A stretch of DNA of 64,000 nucleotides from assembly GCA_964016885.1 (NCBI GenBank), contig OZ024749.1, forward strand, positions 46,314,001-46,378,000, read 5' to 3'. The translations under genes were made by a program, and so were the position numbers. The DNA comes from Eledone cirrhosa (taxonomy: Eukaryota). Shown here piece after piece: positions 44,447-56,814 of the stretch (the first letter of the stretch is position 1; each line of letters starts with the position of its first letter). Below the pieces are notes generated by a model, which saw nothing but the letters and a program-made list of their open reading frames with translations, made no database searches and had not been told where the DNA came from.

Positions 44447-44782
44447 CATCATCATTTCATTTTACGTCCGCTTTTCCCTGCTTGCAAGGGTGGGACGGGA
44501 ATTGATTCTGGCTTGATTTCTACAGCTGGATGCCCTTCCTAACACCAACCTCATTTACAGTGAGTGCTGGGTGCTTTTTTGCCATGGCACCTCCACAACC
44601 ACTTTGCAGTGGAATGATATGGACCCCAGTCCCTATCATCTCATTTCTACAGCTGAGTAAACTGGAGCAATGTGAAATAAAGTGTCTTGCTCAAGGAAAC
44701 AACACATCACCCGGTCTGAGAATTGAACTCACAACCTTTCGATTGCAAGCCCAATGCTCTAACCACTAAGCCATGTGCCTCC
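44447..44782 (-). mobile_element. SINE family B, inverted near-identical copy
   Basis: Reverse complement of 37832-38160 with few substitutions. Confidence 0.85.
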
Positions 44783-45027
44783 ATATATATATATCTAGGC
44801 CGGGTAAAATTCCTGAGGTAAATAGATAAATGTATATATATATATACATAGATATAGATATATACATACATACATATATACATACATATGTGTATGTGTG
44901 TATAGAGTGAGAAGAGAGAAAAAGACATAAATATATACACAAGATATATATATATAGATATATATATATATATATAAGATATATATATGTATATATATAT
45001 ATATAATATATATATATATTATATATA

Positions 45028-45094
<67 letters not shown>

Positions 45095-45112
45095 ATATAT
45101 ATATATATTATA

Positions 45113-45171
<59 letters not shown>

Positions 45172-45882
45172 ATTATATATATACACACATACATTGGTAT
45201 ATATATTTGTATATGTGGGTGCATGTCTGAGTGTATGTAGTATGGGCATGAGAGTGTGTGCATGTGTCTGTGTGTATGTCCATGTGCAGGTGTATGTGCA
45301 GGTGTGAGTGTGTAGGTACGTATGTATGAGTATGATGTGGGATGGTAGTGCTGGGGGAAGGTGGAGATGTCACTAGAGAGTTGACAGGAAATTAAAAGGA
45401 ATACCAGTAGAATCAATGTGTAGCAATGACTGACATTGAATGGAAACAAACAAATAACAAGAAACAGAAAAAAAAACAAGAAAGCACAAAAAAAAAAAAA
45501 AATGTGCCACCCCTCACAGCCCCACCCTACCGCCCTACTGTATATATATATATATATATATCTACCCAAAACACTCCAGTACACCCACACTACACCCGGT
45601 TGCCACCCAATTTACTTTAGCCACACCCACCCTAAAACTAGTGAAGACAAAAAAAATAAAAAGCTTTTTTTTTAATGAAAACCAAACTTGGGAGAAGAAG
45701 AAGAAGAAGAAGAAGAAGAAGAAGAAAAAGAAGAAGAAGAAGAAGAAGAAGGAGGAGGAGGAGACGGAGAAGAAGAAGCAGATGATGATGATGAGAAAAG
45801 GTGTTTAATTGTCAAGAGCAATAACATGAACACCATACATTGAGAAATACACATAGATACATACACATATGTACTCACAGAT

Positions 45883-45927
<45 letters not shown>

Positions 45928-45951
45928 CGTGTTTATATATACACACACACG

Positions 45952-46019
<68 letters not shown>

Positions 46020-46305
46020 TATATATACATATAAATATATACACACTCATAGATGCATACATGTAACATATATACATCTATATACACACAAAAAAGTATT
46101 TAGCATGAAAAAAAAAAAAAAAAGCAAACACACACAATACAATAATAAACACATTAAACCAACAACAGCAACAACAAGAACATCAACAGTAAACAGTGAG
46201 TCTGAAGACAGGACAATAGTGAGATGATATATCAAGGAAAGAAAAAAAATGTAGAACACAACAACAACAAACAAGAGTAAAACAATTAAACTAGATGACT
46301 TTCTT

Positions 46306-46307
<2 letters not shown>

Positions 46308-46354
<47 letters not shown>

Positions 46355-46528
46355 ACAACTACTACAAGTAATTATTACTACTACTACTACTACTACTACT
46401 ACACAACTACAACAAGTAATTACTACTACTACTACTACTACTACTACACAACTACTACAAGTAATTATTACTACTACAAGTACTACTACTACTACACAAC
46501 TACTACAAGTAATTATTACTACTACAAG

Positions 46529-46576
<48 letters not shown>

Positions 46577-46580
46577 ATTA
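46308..46580. repeat. (CTA)n with a higher-order unit
   Basis: cacaactactacaagtaatta recurs 4 times within the (CTA)n tract. Confidence 0.85.
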
Positions 46581-47164
46581 CTGTAGTAATTAGTATAACA
46601 TATATGACAAACCATCAACAGCACCTTAAAAGACAACACTGTCACCATCGTCATCATCATCGTTTCATCAATTACGTCATCAACCCTAATTGAATATTGT
46701 CTTTCCTCATCACTCTCATCAATGTTGTCATTGCAATCATCATTATCATCATCATCATCATTGTAACCATCACCACCACCAACACTATCCTTATCATCAC
46801 CATCATTATTACAACCGTTGCTGACAACAAAGAAGGACAATCTAGAAATAACAGTCAAATCTCCCTTAACCCACACCCTAATCATCTTAACTATGAATAA
46901 TGTAGTTTGTAATATAGTTCCTAAGAAAGAAAAGGCAAAACAGACACAGATAGAATAATAATAATAATGAAATTATTGTGTACAGTGCTCAGGTGCACTA
47001 CAACTCATCAAAGGTGCATGTATAGTACATAGAATAATGTACAAATGTGCTTAACCATAAGTTTGCTCTAGTAGTGCTTATCTGGGGCTTAACAACATCA
47101 ACAACACCAACAACAGTAACAATGATGGGCATAGTAGTTTGGCCATGTTGCTACCTACATCTCA

Positions 47165-47492
47165 TTATTTAGGGTCGGACGGTGAATTGGCAGTATCGGT
47201 AGAGGGTCGGATATGCTTTCCAGCATAGTTACGTCCCTTTACGATCTGAGTTCAATTCCCGCCGAGGTTAACTTTGCTTTTCATCCTTACGGGGTCGATA
47301 AAATAAAGTACCAGTAATGTACTGGGATAATTGCTGGCCTTGTGCCAAAAGTAGAAACAATTATTTAGGGTCGGACGCCAAGCTTTGCAGCAAAGAGTGA
47401 CGGCCCTTTATGGTCTGAGTTCAAATCCCGCCGAGGTTAACTTTGCCTTTCATCCTTACAGGGTCGATAAAATAAAGTACCAGTAATACACT
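47165..47492 (+). mobile_element. Nested family-A SINEs
   Basis: attatttagggtcggacg is duplicated at 47165 and 47360, consistent with a younger copy inserted into the head of an older one. Confidence 0.8.
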
Positions 47493-47554
47493 ATATTTAA
47501 GGTGAGGAGTTGAATGCAATGTTCAAATTTAACCTTTTCTTTACCATATTCCTA

Positions 47555-47760
47555 ATAGAAAGAACACTAGACAGAAGCCGTAGTAGAGGTAAGCTGAGCA
47601 AGACCTGGGCAGCGGTGGTGAGAGCTGATCTCAAATTGCTGAGACTCACAGAAGAGATGATGAACAAACTTGATGAGTGGAGAGATTCTGTGCTGTAAAG
47701 GACCTGCTCAACCCATGCAGGTATGGGGAAAAAGGGCTGTAAAAACAATGACGATGATGA
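47555..47760 (+). mobile_element. 3' end of an RTE-like LINE
   Basis: RSRGKLSKTWAAVVRADLKLLRLTEEM...DEWRDSV*, followed by a short UTR and a (GAT)n tail. Confidence 0.65.
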
Positions 47761-47978
47761 TATTTTGATGATAATTTCGAAAATAGTTAAATTTGGAGGG
47801 ATTTATTGTAAGGCTGTCTGATTAGTAGAATGGCAGTATTTAATCCAGTTCTTTTCATTCTAAGTTTAAATCCGGGCATGGTCAACTTTGCTTTCATTCC
47901 TTCTAGGGTTGAGGGTTGATAAAATAAAGTAGCAGACATGTACCGGTGACATTTTAATCAACATTGCTCCCCATTTAA

Positions 47979-48183
47979 CCCTTTAACATTTACATTACTC
48001 TATATTTACTATTGTATTTTCGCAGTAAAGGCTTTATCTCACATAATATCAAATCTATGAGATTTCGATATTATTTATTTTGAGAACAATACCTCATCAG
48101 TATGGGTGGTTGATTACGGCTGGTTTGAATAGAAAGAGGTGAGAGAATTCTGGCCAGATATGGCCAGTTTAAAAGCTAAAGGG
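47979..48183. mobile_element. piggyBac-type MITE inserted in an old family-A SINE
   Basis: TTAA TSD and the same internal sequence as the 40848 copy. The SINE resumes at 48188 (aattgctggccttgtg). Confidence 0.85.
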
Positions 48184-48701
48184 TTAAAATTGCTGGCCTT
48201 GTGGGAAAATTAGAAACCATTGTTGAAATGGTTTTTAGAACATAATTTAAAGTTTCTTACACAAAATTTTGGCGAAAGTTTTTTAGATAAATATAAACAC
48301 TTTAACACAAACAGTGTTCTATTGTAGAAGTTGGGGCAGTTTCAGGTGGCTTGGTAGCAAAAACATTTAAATAAGTAGACATGAACAACAGCAAGAGTTG
48401 ATGAGACAAGGAGAAGACATAGTTAGACAGAGATGGGGTGAGGGAATGATAGCAGGGTATTGGTTAGTGTGTGTGTGTGAGAGAGATAAAAAGAGAGTGG
48501 TGGTAGGTGTTTGTTTGGGTATCTGTGTATGTGTGTGTGATGTGTGTGTGTGTGTAAAGGTGTAACATATATACAGGTTTGTATGTATAAGAGAGAGAAT
48601 GTAAGTATGTTTATGTCTGTTAATGTAAGGAGTTTGTGTATGCATGAAGCATGAATTTGTGTCTATGTATGCATGTATGAATGTATGAGTAGTTTGTGTG
48701 C

Positions 48702-48764
<63 letters not shown>

Positions 48765-49384
48765 CATATATATATATATGTGTGTGTGTGTATATATATA
48801 TTTATATACATATATATGCATATATATATATTTTATATACCCATATATATATGTATATATCCATGCCAGTATAGAAAATGGATGTTAAATGAAGATGATG
48901 ATATATATGAGTGTATATGTGTGTATGTGAAAGTGTATGTGTGTATGCAATGTTTTGTGTGTGTTTCTGGCTTTAGGTAGATGGTTGAGTGGGGTGTGGT
49001 GGGGGTTTCGCTAAGATTTGATTAAATGTTTTGTATGAATAGTGTGCAGCAAAAGTAGAGAGGCTTTTTTTCATAGAAGAAATGTACTGGGTGGGGGTGA
49101 TGATGATGATGGGAGGGGGGGGGGGGCTTCTTAACACTAGTACTGGTTGGTTATAAAATTGGTAATGGTGGTGGTGGTGGTGGTGATGGTAGTGGTTGGG
49201 GAGCAGAGGCTGTAAATGTGCTAGGGTGGGGAGCGGAAGAGAGTGATATGGGGGTAGTCGACAACGTAAAGTGTATGGAGTTGGTTATGAAGGTAACGGT
49301 GATTATGTTAGTGGTAGAGTTGGAAGTGGTTGTGGTAGTCATGACAGATGTAGAAATGACGATGTTAGAGATAGTGGGGGGGGG

Positions 49385-50565
49385 GATGGTTGTTGGTGGT
49401 GATGGTGGTGGTTTTGGTGGTAGTGAGTGATAGTTGTGGTAGTGATGGTTGTGGTGGTGATGGTTGTGGTTGTTTTGGTAGAGATGGGTGTGGTGGTGAT
49501 GGTTGTGGTGGTGAATGTTGTGGTGGTGGTTATGGTTATGGTGGTGATGGTTTTGGTTGTGGTGATGGTTGTGATGGTTTTGGTAGAGATGGTTATGGTG
49601 GTGGTTTTGGTAGAGATGGTTGTGGTGGTGATGGTTGTGGTGGTGATGGTTGTGGTGATGATTGTTGTGGTGGTGATGGTTGTGGTGGTGATGGTGGTGG
49701 TGGTGATGGTTGTGGTGATGATTGTTGTGGTGGTGATGGTTGTGGTGGAGGTATGATTGTGGTGGTGATGGTTGTGGCAGTGATGGTTATAGTGGTGATG
49801 TTTATGATGGTGATGGTTATGGAGGTGATGGTGGTTGTAGTGATGGATGTGGTAGTAGTGATGGTGGTTATGGTAGCGCTGATGATTGTTGTAGTATAAT
49901 AGGTGATGTTGCTTGTGATGATGGTGTTTGTTCTGATGGTGATTGTGATGATTGTGGTTGTTGTAATGGTGATTGTGGTGATGGTGGTTGTTGTGATGGT
50001 GGTTGTTGTAATGGTGATTGTGGTGATGGTGGTTGTGGTGATGGTGTTAGTTGTGATGGTGGTTGTGGTGATAGTGCTTGTTATGATGGTGGTTGTGGTG
50101 ATAGTGCTTGTTGTGATGGTGGTTGTGGTGATAGTGCTTGTTGTGATGGTGGTTGTGGTGATAGTGCTTGTTGTGATGGTGGTTGTGGTGATAGTGCTTG
50201 TTGTGATGGTGGTTGTTGTAATGGTGTTTGTGGTGATGGTGGTTGTGGTGATGGTGCTTGTTGTGATGGTGGTTGTGGTGATGGTGTTTGTTCTGATGGT
50301 GTTTGTTGTGATGGGCTTGTGGTGATGGTGGTTGCTGTGATGGTGATTGTGATGATTGTGGTTGTTGTGATGGTGGTTGTTGTAATGGTGTTTGTTCTGA
50401 TGGTGTTTGTTGTGATGGTGCTTGTCGTGATGGTGGTTGTTGTGATGGTGATTGTGATGATTGTGATTGTTGTGATGGTGGTTGTGGTGATGGCGCTTAT
50501 TGTGATGGTGTTTGGGGTGATGGTGGTTATTGTGATGGTGTTTGTTGTGATGGTTGTGATAGTAG
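49385..50565. repeat. GGT/GAT-rich low-complexity array including a 30-bp tandem unit (about 50053-50215)
   Basis: tgatggtggttgtggtgatagtgcttgttg repeated about 5 times. Confidence 0.85.
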
Positions 50566-50601
50566 TAATACTTGTGGAGGAGATTATTTTTTGGGGGGGA
50601 G

Positions 50602-50700
50602 TGAAGATGGTAGTTGTGGTGTTGTTATTGGTGATGGCTCTGATGGTGGTACCCATCATCAGAGCCATCACCAATAACAGCACCACAACTACCATCTTCA
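50602..50700. repeat. Hairpin, 48-bp arms, 2 mismatches
   Basis: tgaagatggtagttgtggtg...caccacaactaccatcttca, centre at 50651. Confidence 0.88.
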
Positions 50701-51529
50701 TGTGGTTGCCGTGCTGGTGATGGTGGTTTTGATGTGAGGATAATGATGTTATTGGTGAGGAGGATAATGGCGGCAATGGTGATTTTTATAATAGGATATT
50801 AGGTGAAAGTGTTTGTGGTTATGGTGATGGTAGTGATGGTGACGATGGTGATGGTAGTGATGATGGTAGTTGTGATAATGCTCAATGAGCTGGTCAATAT
50901 TACAGTGCAGCAGTATTACAGAAAACGAGAGGCCATAGAAATACAAATGGTGATGTGAAGGACTGAACAATAATAGTGTGAAAGGAGAATCACACAACAT
51001 CAACAAGAACAACAGAAATAACAACACACTTTTAAGACCATTTTCTCTGTGTGCATGTTCATGAGTGGTCATGTGTGTGGGCATACATGTGTGAGTGTGT
51101 GTGCATGTGTATGTGAAGGTATGTGTGTGTGTGTATGTGAGTGTGTATGTGTGTTGGGGATAAGAATAAAGATCATGCAACTCCTAGTGGAGTCGTAGAG
51201 GCACAGCCATACAGCGTTTCTAGGGCACTTTTAAACCTGGCAGAGCAGAAACCTCACCAGGTCTGAACAGAACCGATTTTTTCTATAGAGGAAGAAACAA
51301 CCCCAGTACTGGACTGGTACTTTTTTTATCGACCTCGAAAGGATGAAAGGAAAAGTTGACCAGGGTGGGATTTGAACTCAGAGCGCATAATAACATGTCA
51401 TCAATACCATAAAGCATACTATCCGATGTCTAAATGACTCTGCCAATTCACCACCTGCGTGTGATGGAGGTGTATATGTGTATGTGTATATACTGAGCAA
51501 GCTATGTTTTGATTCTGACACAAGCTTAC

Positions 51530-51662
51530 CTGAAGGGGAATTTCGAAGCATACCCATAGCATACTGATGCACTGATGGCACCCAGTTCCATGGTGACACT
51601 GTACAAGTTGATTCCCTGACCACTCTCGGACTTAATGATCTTGAAGATCTGAGGTAGTTTCA
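51530..51662 (-). CDS. MPDU1: MPDU1 coding exon 3, first PQ loop (VKLPQIFKIIKSESGQGINLYSVTMELGAISASVCYGYASKFPF)
   Basis: TTTTTCAG acceptor, 133 nt, AG|GTAAG donor. Contains the VKLPQ PQ-loop motif. Confidence 0.95.
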
Positions 51663-53021
51663 CTGAAAAAGGGACAAGATGAAAAGAAAGCTTATTAGAA
51701 AAACAAAGGACCCACAACATGTAGAATAGTAGGGCTTTTATAGGTGACTTTTTATTTTTTCATTTTTCCACATTACTCAGCTGGCAGAAATGAATTGCAG
51801 TTGTAATTAAAGGGACTAGCCTTGTCAATCATTATAACATGCTGAATCTCCCTGACAAATATACTAATGATCTTAAAGATTTGAGGTACTTTCACTAAAG
51901 ATGGACAAGATGAAAAAGAAACTTTATTAGTAAAAGGAAAAACCCACATGTAGGATAATAGGCTTTTAGTATGAGACTTTTTTTTTATAGGGATGGTGTG
52001 TGGCTTCATGGTTAATCTGTTTAGGTCAAGATAGTTTGATTCAGGGGTTTGATTCTAGGACTCATTGGCATATTGTGGGTCAGCAAGCTTTGTTTTTTTA
52101 CATTTCAATCCATTCAGCTGGTAAAAACGTGTTGTACATGAGACCAGCATTATCAAATATGTTGTCAAGAGACCAGCATTATCAAACATTATATCCTGCC
52201 GAATCTCCCTGAGATCTATGTTAAGCGTGTACATGCTTGTGGAATGCCACAACAACAAATTATCCAATATGTCCTTCTTTAAGACAACAGTGTGTGATGT
52301 GAAGAAGATTTGGTTGTTGTTTCTAACAGTTTGAATGACTATGTACAGACTTTCTTGTTGGCTTAATGTAGCAAGCTATTTAGGCCAGCTCTGATCACAT
52401 GAACAGCAAGCTATCATGTTTGTGTATTAGAGCATGTGTTAATTATGTAAATATATTTTATAGATACAGTCTATTGAATATCCTTCTTATATACAGCTCT
52501 GACAAAACAATGTGCATGGTGGCAAATCATATTTATATAGACTACTTATGCTTTCATAAATCTAAACTCAGGTCTTACATATAGATATATATTTACAACA
52601 AACAGAAAATAACACTATTAGGTCATCATCATCATCATCATCATTTTACGTCCGCTTTTCCTTGCTTGCAAGGGTCCTGTATACATATTACATAGAGTAC
52701 CACAGGATGTACGTATATATATATATATATATACAGCATATGGAAAATAGCACTATGAGGTACTGTATATTTATTATATAGAATACCCCAGGATTTACAA
52801 ATACTGTAAAGTGCTCATGTAGGTGTCACAGCAAAAACACCCAGTCCACTCAGTAAAGTGATGACAAAAAGCACCCAGTACTTACTGTAAATGATGTTGG
52901 TGCTAGGAAGGACATACAGCTGTAGAAACCAAGCCAAAATCGGTTCTGGCATTGGTCACAGCAGAACAACTCGTCTAACCTATGCCAATGTGGAAATATG
53001 GACGTTAAACAGGGGATGATG

Positions 53022-53054
<33 letters not shown>

Positions 53055-53265
53055 CACCACCACTTTACAGTTAATGCTAGGTGCATTTGACCATGAGACA
53101 AGCATTACTATGTTACAATGTGTACTGCATGCTTTTTACCTGGCACCAGCACTAGAGAGGTTGTCATGTTCTTGGTAAGACTGAAGAGTCCTCTCCAGCT
53201 TAAACTGTCATCATATTTCTATCTATCTATTTGTGTATATATATATATCAATAAGCAATACTTAC

Positions 53266-53331
53266 CTAATATGGATCCAGCAATAATTCCATAGCTGAAT
53301 ATTTTACTTAGAGTCAGCTTTAAACAGTGAG
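53266..53331 (-). CDS. MPDU1: MPDU1 coding exon 2 (AHCLKLTLSKIFSYGIIAGSIL)
   Basis: Polypyrimidine tract and TAG acceptor, 66 nt, G|GTAAG donor. Resembles the MPDU1 CLK..LSK..G.GI.AGS.L segment. Confidence 0.92.
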
Positions 53332-54109
53332 CTAGAATAGAATAGAAAGAAGAAAAACAAAATAAACACCATTAGAATATTTTAATGCAGTGAATATATA
53401 GAGTAACTTGTTAGAGTGTCACATAGAATATCTTGTATTATATATTCCTTTATGTTCTAGATGCTATAGAATCTATGTTCAAATTTGCATTTTATCCTTT
53501 GGTTAGCAATAGGAAGGGTATCCAGCTGTAGAAACCAAGACAAAATCAGTTCTCTGTGAGTAAATCACGATCCCCCGACCTGATCTCTCACAAAGGGACA
53601 GCCCATTCTACCCATTTTAGTGTGGAAAATAGACGCTCAACGATGATGATGAATGATGATGTTGGGGTTGATAAATAAAGTACAATTGAATTAATTACTG
53701 TGGTGGATACATATCCTTATTTTCCTCTCCCCCACTTTATCTCCCTCTCACCTTTTTCTACATTAGCTATAATGTATTGTGAGAAAGGCCAGGGTGTATT
53801 ACTTACTGCCTTCATTTATCAAGAAACTGGGGAAGTGGAGGTAGCAACCTCTACTCATAGAAAAAGTGAGATGCCATTGAAACTGTCCAAGGAAGGACTG
53901 CAATGTATAACACAGCAATTTATTTATAAAGTAATTCCTTTATATTTGCCATGATATTATAATCCCTTGTCTCATCATTAGTATAGTATTACTCTTGTTA
54001 TATTAAAATAAGTTAGTATGGTTATTAAGTGACATTCAAGTGGTCTGATATTGGTACACCTTCTGATGAATCTAATGTAAACATCACGTATTCAAACACA
54101 CACACACAA

Positions 54110-54576
54110 CAATTGCTTCTACTTTAAGCACAAAGCCAATCATTTTGGGGTTGAGAAAGTCAATTAAATCGACCCCAGTGCATTACTGGCACTTTATTTT
54201 ATCGACCCCATGAAGATGAAAGGCAAAGTTAATCTCGGTGGGATTTGAACTTAGAACATAAAGCATACTGTTCGACGCTCTACCGATGTTACCAATCCAC
54301 ACACACATAATAATAATACTAATAGTAATGATAATAGTCGCATGAGACAGAATCGTATCAACTCAACATGACCCACTAAAAATATATTTTAATTTGTAAA
54401 TAATTGTTTCTACGTTAGGCACAAGGCCAGCAATTATCCAGTGCATTACTGGTACTTTTATTTTATCGACCCCGTAAGGATGAAAGGCAAAGTCAATCTC
54501 GGCGGGATTTGATCTCAGATCGTAAAGGGACGTAACTATACTGGAAAGCATGGCGTCCGACCCTCTACCGATACTG
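54110..54576 (-). mobile_element. Two family-A SINEs (about 54110-54300 and 54400-54576)
   Basis: Match to the family consensus. Confidence 0.8.
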
Positions 54577-55676
54577 TTGCTCTCTCAACATGAAAAAGAT
54601 ACATAAAAAAAGATTTAAAGAAAAAAAAATCATCGGTATAGAAGGGACACAACTTCAACTCAAGGGAAGTAACTCTCATAAATTCCTTTATGAATATAAG
54701 CTTTTCGAAAATAGAATAAATTCATTAGATTATTCTTTACCAGAGAGAGGCCATTCACTCCACTTTTTAACTGTAATTGCCACTACAGTCCATCACTATT
54801 TTCATTGCATCATATATTGCATCGATGGTGATTTAGATATAAACGACATACTGCAGGACGAAGTGCTGCCCATCGTTTTTTTGGTTTTGTTTAAAGACCA
54901 GGTTAATTACAAATTTCACATGGCTCCCCACCCTCGCACAGTGTATGACTGGTACTTTATTTTATCCAGCCTGTAAGGATGAAAGGCAAAGCTGACATTA
55001 GTGGGATTTGAACTCAGAACGCAAAGGGCTACAACTCAATGCCACTATTGATTGTGGTTGATTGGACTGCATTGTATACATTTAGCAAGTGAATTGTTTC
55101 CATACCATCAGCCAGGGCCAGATTTAATAGGGGTAAAGAGGACAATTGCCTGGGCTCCACTAGCAATGGCCATAAGCAATTTATTTGTGCCCTCAGCGGG
55201 GCTTTTTAGTTTTAGGAAGGGAAATAATTTTTTAATTAAATAACACTATGTATAACCTTTCAACTCCAATTACTTGTGCGAAGCTAATTTTGATATATAA
55301 AATTGGGGGGGGGGGGGGGGGTGTATTCTAATTTTTGGTGTATGAGCCCCACCAAGGGCTAAATCAAAACCTGCCATTACCTAAGGTCAACACAAACATT
55401 GTAAGAGAAATTGGGAAGAAATAAACTCATTAGAGGTTCATGTTATACACTACAAAACTCTGAATCTCCCTGAGAATTACCTAAATGGTATATGAGTTTT
55501 GCGGAATATTCAACCAGTTAGATGTCAATCCAATGGCTAGGTCTTACCAGTGGTTGAACAACTGGAAGATTCAATCTTAAGCTACTATATGGCTAATTAT
55601 TTTATCTGTCTTTGAGAAAACGAATGTTCAAACCAATAATTTGAACTCAGAATGTTCATAAACCTATGTAAATAAT

Positions 55677-56003
55677 TGTTTCTACTTTAGGCACAAGGCC
55701 AGCAATTACCCAGTGCATTACTGGTACTTTATTTTATCGACCCCGTAAGGATGAAAGGCAAAGTCAACCTCGGCGGGATTTGAACTCAGATCGTAAAGGG
55801 ACGTAACTATGCTGGAAAGCATGGCGTCCGACCCTCTACCGATACTGCCAATCCACCGCCCTATGTAAATAATGATTTCTATAGAGGCACAAGGCCAGTA
55901 ATTTGGGGAGAGGGGACAATCGATTAAATTGACCCCAGTACATTACTGGTGCTATATTTTATCGATCCCGTAAGGATGAAAGGCAAAGTTAACCTTGGTG
56001 GCA
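55677..56003 (-). mobile_element. Young family-A SINE (55677-55860) adjoining an older partial copy
   Basis: TSD cctatgtaaataat, and CpGs are retained. Confidence 0.85.
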
Positions 56004-56695
56004 AACCTAAGTAAATAATATGAAAAGAAATAATAAAAGAAGGAATTGCTGGTCAAATTTTACAGGCGAAACCAACAAGTAGGAGACCCAGGGGTAGATT
56101 GCGAGCAAGATGGTGAGATAATATCCATGAGTTTGGCTGGTCACACTTGGGTATCCAGCCAGATCAGTTGGAGATGGTCGCTTTTGATAGGACCTGCTGG
56201 AGGGATTGTTTGAGGACTCTGCCCCCACGACCCTCTCAGGAATAAGTGGGCAAAGAAGAAGAACAACATACTTCACCCATCCCTCTATCAATTCCTGCTA
56301 TGCAACACTCTAATAACCATAAATACTGCGTTTAATTTAACTCTAGCAAAGTTTCCAATTACACTGATATTTGGTTATATAAAATTACTTTTTCTCTCTC
56401 CATTAATTACTATTAAATTGGTGTTTCGTATAGTGAAATATTAAACATTTATATTATTTACAAATTTATAAGTTTTAATTTTAATTTTATGAAATCATAA
56501 GATCAATGTTTGCTAGCAAACAATTTGCAAATTTTTCATTTTATTATTTAGAATTTTTTGAAATTAGGTGACAAAGTTGTTATGTAATAAAGTCATATTT
56601 ATGTAATCAACATCATCATCATCATCACCATCATTTTATACCTGTATTTCAATGGTGACATGGACGTAGGTGTGTGCATATATATATATATATGT

Positions 56696-56814
<119 letters not shown>

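Noticed and set aside
49390-50776. Cys-Gly-Asp-rich ORFs resembling keratin-associated or metallothionein proteins
   Set aside because: An intronic GGT/GAT array open in multiple frames, so the resemblance is compositional.
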